A stretch of DNA of 64,000 nucleotides from Sphyrna mokarran (taxonomy: Eukaryota), in assembly GCA_024679065.1 (NCBI GenBank), contig JAGIQG010000014.1, forward strand, positions 6,758,001-6,822,000, written 5' to 3'. How positions within the stretch are numbered: position 1 is the first letter of the stretch; each line of letters begins with the position of its first letter. Of this stretch, positions 22,190-36,005 are shown one piece after another. The position numbers were made by a program, and so were the translations under genes. The notes under the pieces are model-generated. The model saw nothing but the letters and a program-made list of their open reading frames with translations, had not been told where the DNA came from and did no database searches.

Positions 22190-25100
22190 TGGCACCTGCG
22201 AGTATCTGTGGTCTGATGCTGCCTGTAATCTGGCGCGTCAGTTGTAGTGCAAGGCACTAACTCTGTGTTACACAGCAACTGTAGTGTAAGTCAATCCACG
22301 AATAAAGCAGTATCTGGTCTGAAACAATTGCTATAGTTTTAGAGGAAACCGCAGTGTCCGGTAGTACTTGTGGTGTAATGCATTAGCTGCGGTGTAAGGC
22401 ATAACCAGTTAAGGCACATGTGATTTAAGTCTGATCCAACAGTTTCAGAGGATAACTGATCTGCAAGGCAGAACTGTGGTGTAGGGTATTAACTTTCGTG
22501 CAAGGCAGCATTTGTGAAATAAGGCAGTATCTGTGGTCCAAAGTGGAACATGTGGTGTAAGGCACTTCCTGCGGTTTAAGATATATCTGCGGCGCCAGGC
22601 AACATATCTGTAGTACGTGGCACCAGTTATATAAACCTTTGATATAGTGCAGTACCTGCAATATAAGACACTAATGAAAAGCAGGCAGTTCCTCTGGTGA
22701 AGGCAGTATCTTTGGAGTGAGATATTGTCCGACGGTGTAAGACAGTACCATCTATGTGACATTTTCACTGCTCTGTGAGGAATGTCGTACAGTGAACACA
22801 GTATTTGGATTTCGAAGGTATAGCTGTGGCGTAAAGCAATGCGTGCAGTGTAAGGATGTGAGTATAATGCAATACAATACCTTTGGTGCAATCAGTTCCT
22901 GCGCTGGCAAAAAGCTCCAGTACTGTTAGGCCGAAGCTATGATGTAAGCAAGTGCATATGCGTAAGACAACACCTGTCTTTGTAACGCAACAATTGTGGT
23001 GTAAGGCAGTACTTGCCTGGTTAAAATCCAGGTCAGAAATTTCATGTGTTTCATGGAGTCATAAAACCCTATGTTTTGCGTTTTGAATTTGGTGTGGATA
23101 ACCATGAGATGCTTCACCTCAGATATGAATTAAACGACAGACCAGTGAGGTGCGATCAGAAAATTTAATTCCAGTATACAGTTAACAGACAGAAAGAAAA
23201 TTAGCAGTAACTTTTACCAATCGCAAACAATAACATAAACAACCATGATATGTCAATCTTCAGAGCACAATGTGCCGTACCAACACGACATACTTACTAA
23301 CATATGCACCTAATTTCGATTTAACACAGAAAATACAAATGCTCAATGACGTTTCAGTTCTGCAAACCATGTGGTCCCTTGGATGGAGAAATAAAACACT
23401 GCCTTCTGCATTCATAGACTCCCACACTGTGCATATAGTGCCACTGCTTTCCTCCAGCTAATAAACTACCAACAGCAAAATGTTCATGTTGAAAAGTACG
23501 AAAGTCTAATTCCACTCACCAGCAGAATTTTTAATGGCAGGTAGGGATACACCACTGCATCCAGCCTGGAGTCCGAACAAGTTCTAACAAATCAGCAAGA
23601 GAAACTGAAAGCGAAAGAATTCCTGCGAGGAAAAAATAAAACTCTTCCGCTTGTCCTGTCAAAAATCTGCCCCAGCAATTCCAAAATTGCCATAAACTCC
23701 ATGAGAATGCATTACACCTAGATTGAAAATAAATAAATAAACAATTTAATAACTTAAGAACAATTAAATGACATTTAGAAGGCAGCTCAATGTCAGCCTA
23801 TTACTGCAGAGAACATGATTAAATTGCATTTCTTAGAGCACAATAGTGTCACTGGTGCATTATTAAACGTTCCTTGAGGTGCAAAGTGGCATCGGTGGCA
23901 GAACACAAAACTTGTGGTTTAAGGTAGCATCTGCGGTATAAGACAGTAACCGCTTTCTAAGGGACCATCTATGGTATAAGGCAGTAGCTGTGGAGCTATG
24001 TTGTGCTTGCAGTGCAGGGCATTACCTGTGATGTAAAGCAGTAGCTATGTTGTAAGGAAGTAGATTCAATGGTTCAATTAGTAGATTCAATTCAACTACC
24101 TATGGTTTACATAGACACTGCGTTTTTAGGCAACGTACGCAGTGTGAGTTAGTTCCTTTAGAGTCAGTGATACCTGCAGTGTAAGGCAGAACCTGTGGCA
24201 TAAGGCAGTAGGTGTAATATCTGTTGTGCAAATCATTAGTTGTAGTGCAAGGCATTATCTGTTGTGCAATAAAATTCCTGGCGTAAGGCGGAATCGTTTT
24301 TGCAAGAAAGTAGCCTCGGTGTAAAAACTGTTGTACAATGCGGTCTCAGTGGTTCAAGGTAGTGCCTTTGGTTCAAGTTAGTATTGTGCTCGAAGAGAGC
24401 GAATGTGTTTTCAAGGAGAACCTGCGGTGTGAGACATTGGGTGCGGAGTTCGAGAGCAACTGTGCTGTAACCAGAAACTCTGGTGTAAGGCAGTACCTGC
24501 GGTGTAAGGCAGAACGATCGGTGTAAGACATATTTGTTCTATAAGGAAGAACATGAGAGGAATGGCAGTAGCTGTGCTGCGGTGAATCGCCTGTACGTAA
24601 GACAGAACCTGCGGTGCAAGACAGCGCTTCAAATGTAATGTAGCACGGTTTCCAGCACTAGCTGCTGGGTAAGCAGTTGCCTGCGGTGTACCTGTTGTGT
24701 TGTGAAGTAGTTCAAGCACGAAACAGCATCTTTGATTCAAGGCCGCATCTGTGGTGTAATGCAGAGTCCGCGGTTCAAGGTAATACCTGCGGTGTAATGT
24801 GGCGCCTGTGGTGTAAGGTAGTATGTGGTATAAGGCAGCCACTGTGGTTTATGGGAGAAAGTGTGGTGTATGCATTGCCTGCGATGTGAGGCAGTGACGT
24901 GTAAGGTAGTGCTGCGGTATCAGGCAGAAGTCGCAGCATAAGGCAGTAGTGTGATTCAGGATAGTGCCTGCAGTGCAGGACGATTCCTGTCATACAATAA
25001 ATCACCTGTGCTGGAAGGTGGTTCATCTGGTTTAAGGGTGTATCTGCGGTGAGCCTGCGGAGAAAATACAAGACAGCCCTTGTTGTGTGAGCAATACCTG

Positions 25101-25280
25101 CTGTGTAATGTTTCACCTGTACTGTAGTCAGTACCTGCGGTGTAGGCAGTAGCTATGGTTCAACGCATTTCCTATACTTTAAGATAGCACTTAGAATGTA
25201 AGGCAATAGATGGGCTGCAAGACAGTACCTGCGCTGTATCGTATAACATGCGGTGTAAGAATTCCCGTACATTGTACGGT
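22190..25280. repeat. Degenerate 19-bp minisatellite 3' of gene B (insert ~23020-23880)
   Basis: For example 24482-24519 reads ggtgtaaggcagtacctgc ggtgtaaggcagaacgatc. Confidence 0.85.
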
Positions 25281-25518
25281 AGTTAGGACTGATGCGAACC
25301 CATTTTACTCCACTATTGAATGATAACATTCGTATTTTCACTGATTGCACACTGATTGGAGTAAGCCGCTACAGAAGAAAACACCAAAACTTACTGACGA
25401 ATAGCAGTAGGCATCAGAAGATACAACAAAGCATGGCCCAGTCCTTCTAGAGTCCCTTATTTAAAGAAACACGTTATGTTTTTGTAGCAGGAAGGCCGGC
25501 ATTCAAACATGTACTTCA

Positions 25519-26450
25519 CTACTGCCTGAACAGGAAGACTAGGTTTAATTTCACATATTTTTGCAACATCAGAATTATGGTCCAAGGAAATTTCACAATC
25601 TTCTTCAGCTCTTCCCTGAATTTAGATTGTGTAGCTGCATAAATGCACGTGTTCGTGCATGAACTTAAATGAATGAGCAGTGTTCCAGTTTCGGTGGCGA
25701 TATATGCAGCAGATGTGTAATCCAACCGGACATAAACAAGCATCCGACTGGCCAGATAACTAATGACTCTTGTCGCCCACAACAATACAAAACTACTAGA
25801 AATAGTGAACAATAAAATAATGGATTTCTTTCGGTTCTGTATCTCTGGATCATTCTGATTCTCACTGTTATGACCCCGCAGGCCGGCACGCGCTTTGCTG
25901 GACAACAAAATCCTTCTGACTGTCAAAAAATTAAATAGCAATACCAAACTGAAGGGAATTAAGTTCAATAAAATACTTTGTAACAAGACAACTGCATCAC
26001 CAATTTGAGAAGTATAAAAATCCTGCCTAGGGACGACACCCCATTGAACACCATTAATAGTGTTCTTATGTTTAAATGCAAACCAAATGTACAAGTTCTG
26101 CAAATAGATAAGGACTGAGGATGTTGTTAAAACTGCAGCCGCTGTTCTCGCGGTGCAATAGATTGTTCTAAACTTCTGACTACATATAGCAATATATCGG
26201 TCAAAAGTGAATGAGACTGTAAACCATACTGACATATACAGGTTATTACAAAGCATATATATCATTAATTTGCAAACAACAGTGTAGGAGAGGAATGAAT
26301 TTGGAAAACGTTTTCTCAAAACGTTGTACAAAATTACATTGATAAGCATCACTAACAAATCTGCGGTTGCCATGGCCACCATGTAGATAGAGACACATCT
26401 GGAAAGGCCGCAATTTCCTTTGGCGAGGATCACGATGGTCACGAGATTCG
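25519..26450 (-). CDS. GPR139-like orphan class A GPCR, gene B, coding exon 2 (spliced product 333 aa)
   Basis: Intact frame with DRY and NTCIY. CAG acceptor at 26451-26453. Paralog of gene A. Confidence 0.93.
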
Positions 26451-28785
26451 CTGTAAAAACAAGGGAGAAGAACCAAGTCATGGAAACAATTTGGTTACAC
26501 TCAGCATACTTTAGTGAAATGTTTGGATGCACTTTTGTTCAGTTATAGACATGGACTCAGTTTATTGTACAAGACAGCAGAGGTGATATATTTATTGATA
26601 TAGATCACCTTAAACTCAATATTTAGGCACCAGCGATGTTCTCCCAGTTGCAATAACTGAAGTATAATCTTTTCTACATGTTGAGGGGAGGGTCGCGAGA
26701 TTCAGTCTACAGAACGTTAATGGAAAGCTCTTCTCAGCACCATCGACAACTAAAGAACCCAAATCTTAAAAGGCATCAGTTATGATTTCGCAGACTTGTA
26801 TAAACCGGGTGATCTGGGATCAGCCTCTTTGCATCTATATAGGTTTTATTACATTAAGCACCACCCCTGACACTGGTCGGAGACTCCATTCACCCTAATT
26901 CGAAATCAAACCTTATGCCGCGTGCCCTAAGGGAAATACTCAGGAAGGAAATTCCGATTTCCTCAATAAATTGTACATTTTGTCATTTCCTCCATGAGTG
27001 TCCTACGCTCAAACGTCGTCATCTTCTTCTATATTATTCCAATGTAAGGTCAGAATTGGGAATGATCATTGATGGCTACACAATGTATCGTATCAGATTT
27101 GAGTCTCCAGATACCGAAGCAGCCGGTTCCAAATGAAGCAAGATGGGGACAAAATCCAGATTTGGGCTGACCAGTGCGAAATAATGGCTACGTCACGCAA
27201 ATTTCAGGGAATGGCCGCTTACATAATACATAATCTAACAATTTCCCTTTGACATTCGATACCATCATTGAGTTCACAATTATTAGCATCAACCATAAAC
27301 ACTACCTGAACTGTGCGCGCCATATGAAAAAAAGATTAGAAAATCTCAGCAGGGCTGCCAGCTTCGTCGGGAAGAAAATAGTCGGCACTTTTTCTAGCAT
27401 TCCTTACTTTTGTTTCAGATTCCAGTTTCCACTGCGTTTTGCTTATTTTAGCAAATAAATAATGTCCACAAAAGCAAATCAGCGGTTTGGAATCCTGCGG
27501 TGAATAATAGATCTCTTGTCTCCCAAAATCTTATGCACTGTTTATAAGTGATGGAGTGATGGAATACTCTCCACTTACCTGCCCGAACGCAGCTCCGAAG
27601 ACCCTCAAGATGTTCTAGACAATGAAGGTCGATGCAGGCAGTTGGATTACTAACCCGCCCACAAAATGTTCACTATCTACCGCGGACGCGCTATAGTAGC
27701 TGTGAGCAGCATTTACGGAACTCACCAGGCACCTTATACAGCATTATACCAAACCCTCGACCACTATCATCTAAAAAGTAACGGGCAGCAGATATGTGGG
27801 AACACCACCATTTTAACGTTGTCACAAAGTCATTGAACGATCTGAGTGGAAAATACATCGCTGTTCCTTCGCTGTAATTGTGTCAAAATCTTTGAATTCC
27901 CTTTTCCTCTACCAGCTCCGTGCGTACACTTACAACTTGGACTGCAGCGAATCAGGAAGGCAACTCACCACCCGTATCCGAAGAGCAGCGAAAAATGAAA
28001 AATAAAGGACGTGGATGCCCACATCACACAAATAAATAAAATAAATGCGACCAAACAAATGATTCATTTCTTTAAAGTAATTCGCTGTGCTGCAGCTTTG
28101 ACAACTCAATCCATCCATCACGAGGCTTGTGTCAGGTGATGCACCGACCAATTGTATAAGTGAGGGCGGCGGCACGGTGGGGCAATCCATTGAACCTAGC
28201 GTCTTAAGTTTACTTTCAAGAGCTGCGTTCAATATCAGGGGCGGTAAGCGTAATATTCACTCGTTATGTAAATAATAATAGTCTTTCAAATAAATCGGTG
28301 AGATGAGAAAATAGCCAGAGAAATTAATTCGAAACGGTGGGATTCTAACATTTATCATCAGCGGAAGGGAGCTGTCGGGCACAGAAAAGGAAACAACGGA
28401 ACTGATTTGCTACCCCGCGGAGACAGCAGTCCCTGAACAGGTTTATTTTTCCTTGAAATACATTCCAGTGATTTTTCCTTTCCGGAAAGGCCGCATTTCG
28501 AGGTATTGTCATCTTAATGGGGTAAGAATACAGATTGTCACTGCAAATAATTCACATACAGATCTATGAACTGTCGGAAGGGAAGAGTATCAGCCTCAAT
28601 CTCCGTTAATGTTGGGAGGGAATTTAAACTTCAGGTGTCACATTCTTCTGAGCTGAACCGCGGCTAACACGCCATGCCACCCGTTGAGACTCTCACTGAT
28701 ATTCAACAATATATCTCGGCAGAGAAAAGACATTGCAATAATGACCTTCTCGCAATCAGTTTGCTGGGTCATGAGCAGTGAGTGA

Positions 28786-29259
28786 CAAAGAACAAAGAAC
28801 AAAACACAAAACAGCCAGCTAAACAGGCCCATCGGCACAACGAGCCCGCGCCGCCACCTCGATGTTCCCACTTCTACCCATGATCCCTGTCATCCCTGTC
28901 TATTTTTATAGATCTATGCATTAGAACCAAATTTGAGACAATTTAGGGAGAATTTATTCTGCCAATCAGCCTAAGAGCACATCGTTGTGATGTGCGAGGA
29001 AACTGGAGCACCCGGAGAAAACTCACGCAAGAACGGGGAGAATGCGCAAACTCCCACAGCCACAGGCCCTAATCCATGTATCTGCACAGCACAGCAATAG
29101 TCACTGAGCTGTCGTGTTGCCCACCAACTGGCCCAGGTGAAGCGTACACTAACAATGTGAAGCAAAACGCTACTCTTGAAAAATCCAAGAGCACCCCTCT
29201 CACGGCCCCTCGCATGTATGCCCCTTGTTATACAAGGCGGACCGAAGTCCCTGTAGGAT
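28786..29259 (-). mobile_element. Composite V-SINE, intronic copy in gene B
   Basis: Paralog of 856-1328. Confidence 0.8.
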
Positions 29260-29388
29260 AAAGCAAATACATCAGTATCATCGAAAATTTACACATTTCC
29301 CAGGGAACTCCCAAGGCCTATTTTAAAATCAGTTTTCTAAATCCCTCCATTACCGGGACTCCGCAACTATGAAACAACATTGACTTAC

Positions 29389-29458
29389 CGGGCGTACCAA
29401 AAGCTGCCAGCACGGGATAGAAAAGTTCATTGATCTGTAGAATTAATGGGCGGGCCAT
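29389..29458 (-). CDS. GPR139-like GPCR gene B, first coding exon
   Basis: MARPLILQINELFYPVLAAFGTP plus G, then donor GTAAGT. Intron 26451-29388. Visible inside track ORF 29318..29539. Confidence 0.85.
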
Positions 29459-31159
29459 TGTGATTTCGAGAAGAATGCAAACGTTTCGCTCGATTGCGTG
29501 AAAGATTCCTAGATTGTCGCCTTTTGTAATGTAATACATTCCCGGAGGGCAAAATCAGGCTACGCATTAATTGCGTCTCTTTCAGCAAATTAAATCAAAA
29601 AATCCCTTTCCTCTGGAGGGCATCCGGGTTGGCCAATCGACACAATGTTAGACCATGAGCACATGTGTTCTGCGCTGGCTCGCTGAAGACAGAATGAACC
29701 ATCCCCATGGACACAATGTTTGATTCTGTCAGCTTCATCATGCACTTATTTAAACCATGCATTAATGTTCAGCTCACGTGTATTTCGCTCCTGTGTCCAT
29801 AACTTTTCATTTAATGGGCATTGTGATAATTAGTGATGAATAGCCGTTATTATTTGTAACAATTATCTTACTTTCCAGTGTCTTTACTACAAACTGAATT
29901 GTAGGAATTAAACTACAAATTTACCATTAGTGTTAATCTATCATTATCAATGCTAATTGAACTTCAATATGTATGAGCTAATGAAACATTACTTGAAGTG
30001 ATACTATTTCAGAGTGTCTCTTGCCTAACCGTGAAATATAGATTAGGCTTTGTAGCATTCTTTACCGTCCCTCTGACGCACCAGTAAGAGTTTGAGAGCC
30101 AGAGCTTGACACAGCTTGATGGACATGTTGCATCACTCTGAACGAGTGGCAGCAAGCTACTACTGGCGATTGACCTCAATGCAACCGAGCTGCAAAGAAA
30201 ATTTCAGAGTGCGTTGATATATTTTACCTATTTGAGATTTCAGTCAATCAATAAGCGATGAAAATAGTTCCTTGCCGTGTGGACACGATATTTCATCCAT
30301 TGAAATTGTATTTGCAGAAGTCTCCGCTGATCACTTGGCTAGTAATTAATTTGAGCAAATGTTTGTTGTCTTGGATGATAACTTGCAAAGTTCCCTTGAA
30401 ATTTTTCTTTTGTGCGCCACTGAAGCGTACGCTATTCTTCAGCCCGGCACCGAAGGTTTGAGATGAAATCAGTTGTCTGGCATTCTGGCGATTGCATCAA
30501 CTCATCAGAACAGTTTTCCCAATAACATTGAGAAAATCCTGACCAAACTGCATCTTCCGAGTACATGTGTGTATGATTATTTGTCCTGTGTCTTGATTTT
30601 GTGACGTTTGTTGAGCAGCAAAGGTCGTTGGCTTTGAAGCATTGAAACCCAGTTGTAAAATTCTGACATAAAGCGTATGTTGTGGAGTTCTGGGTGTGAA
30701 TTGTCATCAGGGTGCAGAATTACAAATCATGATTTAAAAAAATCCTGTGGTCACCATGAATGAATTGTCATAAATAGTTGTCGGTATCTCTTATGCCAAT
30801 GGGGAAGGAAACATGCCATCCTCACCTACTGTCGTCTGCACGTCAGTCCAGGTATACAGCAACCTATTTGACTCTAACTGCTCTCTTAAGGACGATTTGG
30901 GATTAAAAGTGAATTCTGACTTCTACCAACAGTGTCCCCATCCCATAATGAAGAAAAAGGATTGCTCACCTTGACATCAGCCGCCAACCCCGCCTCAATT
31001 GCATCATGCCCATCATTCCAATGACGTCATGCCCCGTCCTCCATCGTCTAAAGGACAGAAAAGCACTGTTCACAATAGTATGCAATTTCATTTCTGGTTA
31101 ACTGCTTTCGTGTATTTTTTTTTACTTCCAAAAATCATGTCTGCAATTGCTGAATTGAA

Positions 31160-32410
31160 ATCGACACATACTTCATCTGAGAATGCCAAGTAGAATATTC
31201 TATACTGCGGTCTCATTCAGTAGCCTTTGGTATTCTCATCCCAACATCTATCGAAATTCACAAAGATAAGTCTACAGTTTTCTTCAGGGATTCATTCTAT
31301 TCTGCAATTTCATCATTCGTTGGTCACAAGTAACATTGATAGTCTCAATGATGATCTTTTATTTCCGTTCCGAAAACGGTGCCATTGTTTCTAGTTTCAT
31401 CAAAAAAACTGACTTGCTTTGTCTTGCGTGCTTTTCATCATCCAAAGGTCATTTCTTTTTTTGCTAACGTTAGTGTACCTCTGCTTCCATGGAATTGTAA
31501 TCATTTTGAACACGCTTGACAACACTCTTAACTGATGCTAACAAATCTGAAACGTTTAGTGAAGTTACATCAAACTTTAGCAATGGTTTTCTGGTGGCAT
31601 TAATTTTTTGAAGCAAGTGGATCCACAAAACATTAAAAACAGCAGTATCATACATTTCAAATTTCTCTGCTAAAAATTTTGTTCAACTTTCACTCTTTTT
31701 AATTTGATTTGTTTGAAAAGACTTCTTTCATATTAACAAAGTACATTTTCAAAGTCAAAACGACCTATGCACGAGCGGGCCACCCGATAATCAAAACTCT
31801 TGACAAAAGTTTTAAATTTGCTTGTTCCAGGAATGATTGAAATACATTCCACCTTTATTATTATTTGAACACTTCAATCGAAGATATAGAGCTGGATTTA
31901 TTGCAGCGTTGCCGTTTTTAGTCAAAAAGAGATTGGAACATAGGATGAACAATTCACAGTTCAGTCTCCGCTAAATCTGGATAGATTCCTCCCGTCTTCA
32001 TGGCATCACCAAGGCTCTGACCAGTACCAACTTTCAAACTGTAAACCACAAAATTTGCAATGAATTCCAAACATCATTACCTCCAGACAATCAAAAATAT
32101 GGGATTGTAGCTGCAAAATATTTCATCCCACAGCAGCGTTTTTGGCCACATAGCTCAAAAGTATTTTTAATTTGTCATACACGATTCACATCACTCGTTG
32201 AATTGACTAGTATGGAATTTTTTTTTAACATTTTTGACTTCATTCGTGAAATGGTTTCTGAATCACTCTGTCAGACTTGTGACGAACTTAGCATAGGCCC
32301 TCAACAATAAAACGTTGGTCGTCCTAAGGCATAATAGCGATGACATTTGAAATGATCCTTGCTGCGTTTATCAAATTCACTGAGATATTCAAAACATTTT
32401 CTTGACGCTA
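31160..32410 (-). mobile_element. hAT transposase relic (paralog)
   Basis: Homologous to 3290-4565. Includes ORF 31470..31655. Confidence 0.7.
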
Positions 32411-32414
32411 TATG

Positions 32415-32795
32415 GCTGACATTTTCCCACGTTATAAAATATTTACGCAACGTTGCCCACTTCATTAATATATCCGAGTTATAAAATGTTTTTTTATCAT
32501 TCTCGCAATCAGAGTTTTGTCCTATATATGTGTTCCCTATCAATTTGACTGTGGTGCATTCGCCTCCTATCTCCGAGTTATTAACATGTATTATGAACAA
32601 TTGTGGCCCCAGCACTGATCCCCATGGGCGTTCATTGGTTACTGATCGCCAAAGAGAAAAGGAAACCCTTATCCCAAGTCGTTGTTTCCTCCCCGTTAGC
32701 CAGCCCTCTTTCCATGGTTTACTGACAAGAATATCATGAGCTTTCTCTTACGACTTAACCTTGTGTGAGTTAAACTTGTCGGACGCTTTCTGCGT
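32415..32795 (-). mobile_element. Old CR1 RT fragment, longest copy (shorter paralogs 4570-4790, 19505-19752, 45100-45324, 60303-60550)
   Basis: Minus-strand VTNE.PWGSVLGPQLF matches [16 protein letters not shown]. Forms the N-terminal half of ORF 32301..32615. Confidence 0.7.
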
Positions 32796-33299
32796 TAAAA
32801 TGTTGAAAACGAGTCTTGCATCCTTCCCTAAAAGAAATATTAGTCTCAAATACTCAAATAGCTCACACTATGTCCGGAATCTGCTTCTTGCCATTGTGCT
32901 GTGGAACTAAAGCATTAGATTCTTATTTAATCTTCAGTTCCTCTCGAAATACATTAACCTTGTTAATAGTTGTGATATTTGGAAATAGATTGTGGATGCA
33001 TTAGTGCATTAATCTGTAGGGTTATCTATGCATGGTCGGTGCAGGCTGGGAGAGCTGCGTTCCTGTGCGGTAATTTTCTTTGTTCTTTGCTCGTTTAATA
33101 CAGAGAAAAAGTGATAAAAGCCTAAATCTGTAAAGAAAAAACACAAAATACACGAAGACAGCGGTTTTGAAGTTTAAATCAAACTAACAAAGTTGAACTA
33201 AAATTCTGGACTGATATTCCACTATAAAACAACAAGACTGGATCATTAGTGCTTTGGGATGGCGATGCCTATGCAAGCGCTTTGAATTATTGCTGAACA

Positions 33300-33482
33300 C
33301 AAGTGAACAAATTGAGCAGTGGCGGCAAAATATTGCGGACGCTGCAATCTGAAGCAATTATAGAAAATGCTCAGAAATCGTATCAGGCCTGACAGCATCT
33401 CTGGAGAGTATAGAAAACTAAGTTTATGTGTCAATTTTTCGTCGGATCGCCAGACATTATTCAGTGTTTTCTGTTTTGTTTT
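33300..33482. repeat. Short interspersed repeat with inverted ends (elasmobranch, possibly Penelope-associated)
   Basis: aaaatattgcggacgctgcaatctgaa...gaaaatgct...cagcatctctggagag...ttttctgttttg. Related to 13905-14045. Family assignment is from memory only. Confidence 0.4.
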
Positions 33483-33714
33483 ATACACAGAACCGATTGA
33501 TTGATGTTACTTAACATTACACAGGAAAGAGTGACAAAGAATAGATGGGATCGCACTTTACAACGACAAATCGCATATTCAATAATTTTGCAATTCGTGA
33601 AACCAATCTCTATTTTATTCTTCCATGGATGTTTACACAATACAGTAAGTGCCATTAATAAATGCAAATCTCAAAGCAGTCCGACGTTTTCTGTCGCAAC
33701 CGCAACTGCAAATT

Positions 33715-33779
33715 GCTTAGTTGGTCAAAGCGCTTGCCGAGTAAACAGGGTACCCTGAGTTCAAATCTCGGCCGTGCCT
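33715..33779 (+). pseudogene. tRNA-Thr(AGT)-derived pseudogene
   Basis: gcttagttggtcaaagcg...gagttcaaatctc...gtgcct followed by a T run. A and B boxes recognisable. Confidence 0.78.
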
Positions 33780-36005
33780 TTTTGAATTTGTTCGAAGCAT
33801 GGCGTCAAATCAAAACAGCGACATCGAAAAAGACAGGAAATGCTGTATAAAACTTCTGGAGGCCCATAGTCTGTTGGTACTAAATTTGTTCGTTATCCTG
33901 CCTTTTTGAATCAGTTTGGTTCCAATGTTGCACCTCCCCCGCAAATACATCTCTCCTATGTTCTTACATTTTGCTTTCATAAAGTTCCAACCTTTCTTCC
34001 GATTCACACAATTTCTTACATTGCACTGCACTGCTAAAATGAACGTTAATGCTATCATCAAAATTCCCTTTGGTTTGCGTTCCGTGATGAATTTGGGAAA
34101 TCTCTGTTAGCTGTCATCTACCACTGCACATCTTTTTTGATCCGTTATTTGCTACAGCAGGTTCATACTTATTATTTTGTTTTTGTTGGAGTCTTTTGCA
34201 AATGCACAATCAACATGTTGAATGGTTCAGCGAAAAATGTGTGAAAAGATGCAACAATTTATGTTACCGTACGTGAGATAGGAAAGACTCGGGAGAGATA
34301 AATAGTGAAATTTCTTTGATTAAGACTCGGATTTATCTCCCGACTTACAAATCTAGCTTTTATGATTCACACAATTTAGAGCACAGTTTACTGCATTGAC
34401 ATTCAACCCCATCGTACACCAAATAAAACCCTTTCTGACACGCACAATCCGTCTCTGTTTTTTTGATTCCGCAAAAAACGCAATCTTTCAAATCCGCTGA
34501 AGAAGCAGTGCAGACAATGGGTGACAGCAGTTGTCACATCACACGCTACTAGCAAGGTGAAAGTCAGACGACTTCTAAAATGAAGCCTGTCTGTATGTGA
34601 GGGAAATGCGCTGGAGAGGATAAACTACCAAAGATCGGAATATGAAAATAAAAGCGGGAATGATGCCTTTAGCCAGGCTGCTTCAAATTGGACATAAAAC
34701 ATGTAGCCTGGGGGTTCAATGTGCTACTCAGTGCACGGGCGCTGCTTTCAATCTCAGGAAACCACAAAAAATGAGCAAGTTATTGGGTCATAACGTCCGT
34801 ACAGAATCACGCCGTACGGAGATTCTGTATCGCACATACGCGTCTTATCGATACGGAAATCCAATTGTGCACTGTAAAGGCGCCATGTTCAAACCTTTGG
34901 GTGCCTTGATTTAATCGCTTTCAGGATTGGAGCGCTCTGCTGAAATGACTGTGATGAGACAGCGCGAACTTCTCTTCCTGAAGGAAAAGTGATAGTTGAG
35001 GATTTATGCCTGTTTATTTGCACTATTATCGGCTTCTGTTGAAGCGAATGGAAGAAGCACACATATTTCAGGTCAGTTTTTTTTTTCCTTTCCCGAACCA
35101 CAGAAGAATCTAATTGACTGCTAAATGTTCTCTCAGGGGTCATTTGAGATGAACAGTAAATTGCATCCAAGGCCAACAGCTCCCCCAGCGCACAAATGGA
35201 TAAAAAACTGCTGACCTTCGTTTATTCAATTTACCATCATATGTATATAAGACCTGAGTCTCCCGGTTGGGTTTGGCGTATGTACTCACTCGCTTCCTCA
35301 TATTAATAATTTCTTGCAGCGATATTGCCCACATGACGGAGCGTGTTTGGGGGCAATTGTTTATGCCTAAATTACATCTTGATTGTTATTTGAATAGTTC
35401 AGTAATTTAACATGCACAGCCGCAGTGAAGGTCAGCCTGTGCACGATACTGAACAGGAAACATTCGTTTATTTTCTGACAAACTGTTCCAAATGGAGGGG
35501 TTGAAGAAGTTTGACTGGTATCTATCCTGCATTTCACCTTTCATTGCTGCAGCTGCCAAAATATATCAGCTATTGTGCGCTGCTCAGGAATGCAAAAACA
35601 ATGTAATCTCCAGGGCCAAGCGATTAATCATCTGAGTAAACTGCGCCTATTGACATTCTGCAGATTCTGAATTGTTTTCAGGTCAATGCATGTTGACGAA
35701 TTCTGATCAGATGATGCATACGAGCAGAACTACAAAAGGATAAACGCAGACTACTTGGATGAACTGATGGATCGGAGACAAATGACAAAGAGCGGAAAGA
35801 TTATATTCATTTTAAGCTCTTACATTTGGCGTTGAATTAGGAAATGACATTATGCCACAAGAATCATCAGGTGGCATCTGCCGTGTGCAAGTATCTGTGG
35901 TCTGATGCTGCCCGTGTTCGAACGCGGCAGTTGTAGTGGAAGGCACTAACTCTGTGTTACACAGCAACTGTAGTGTAAGTCAATCCACACAATAAAGCAG
36001 TATCA

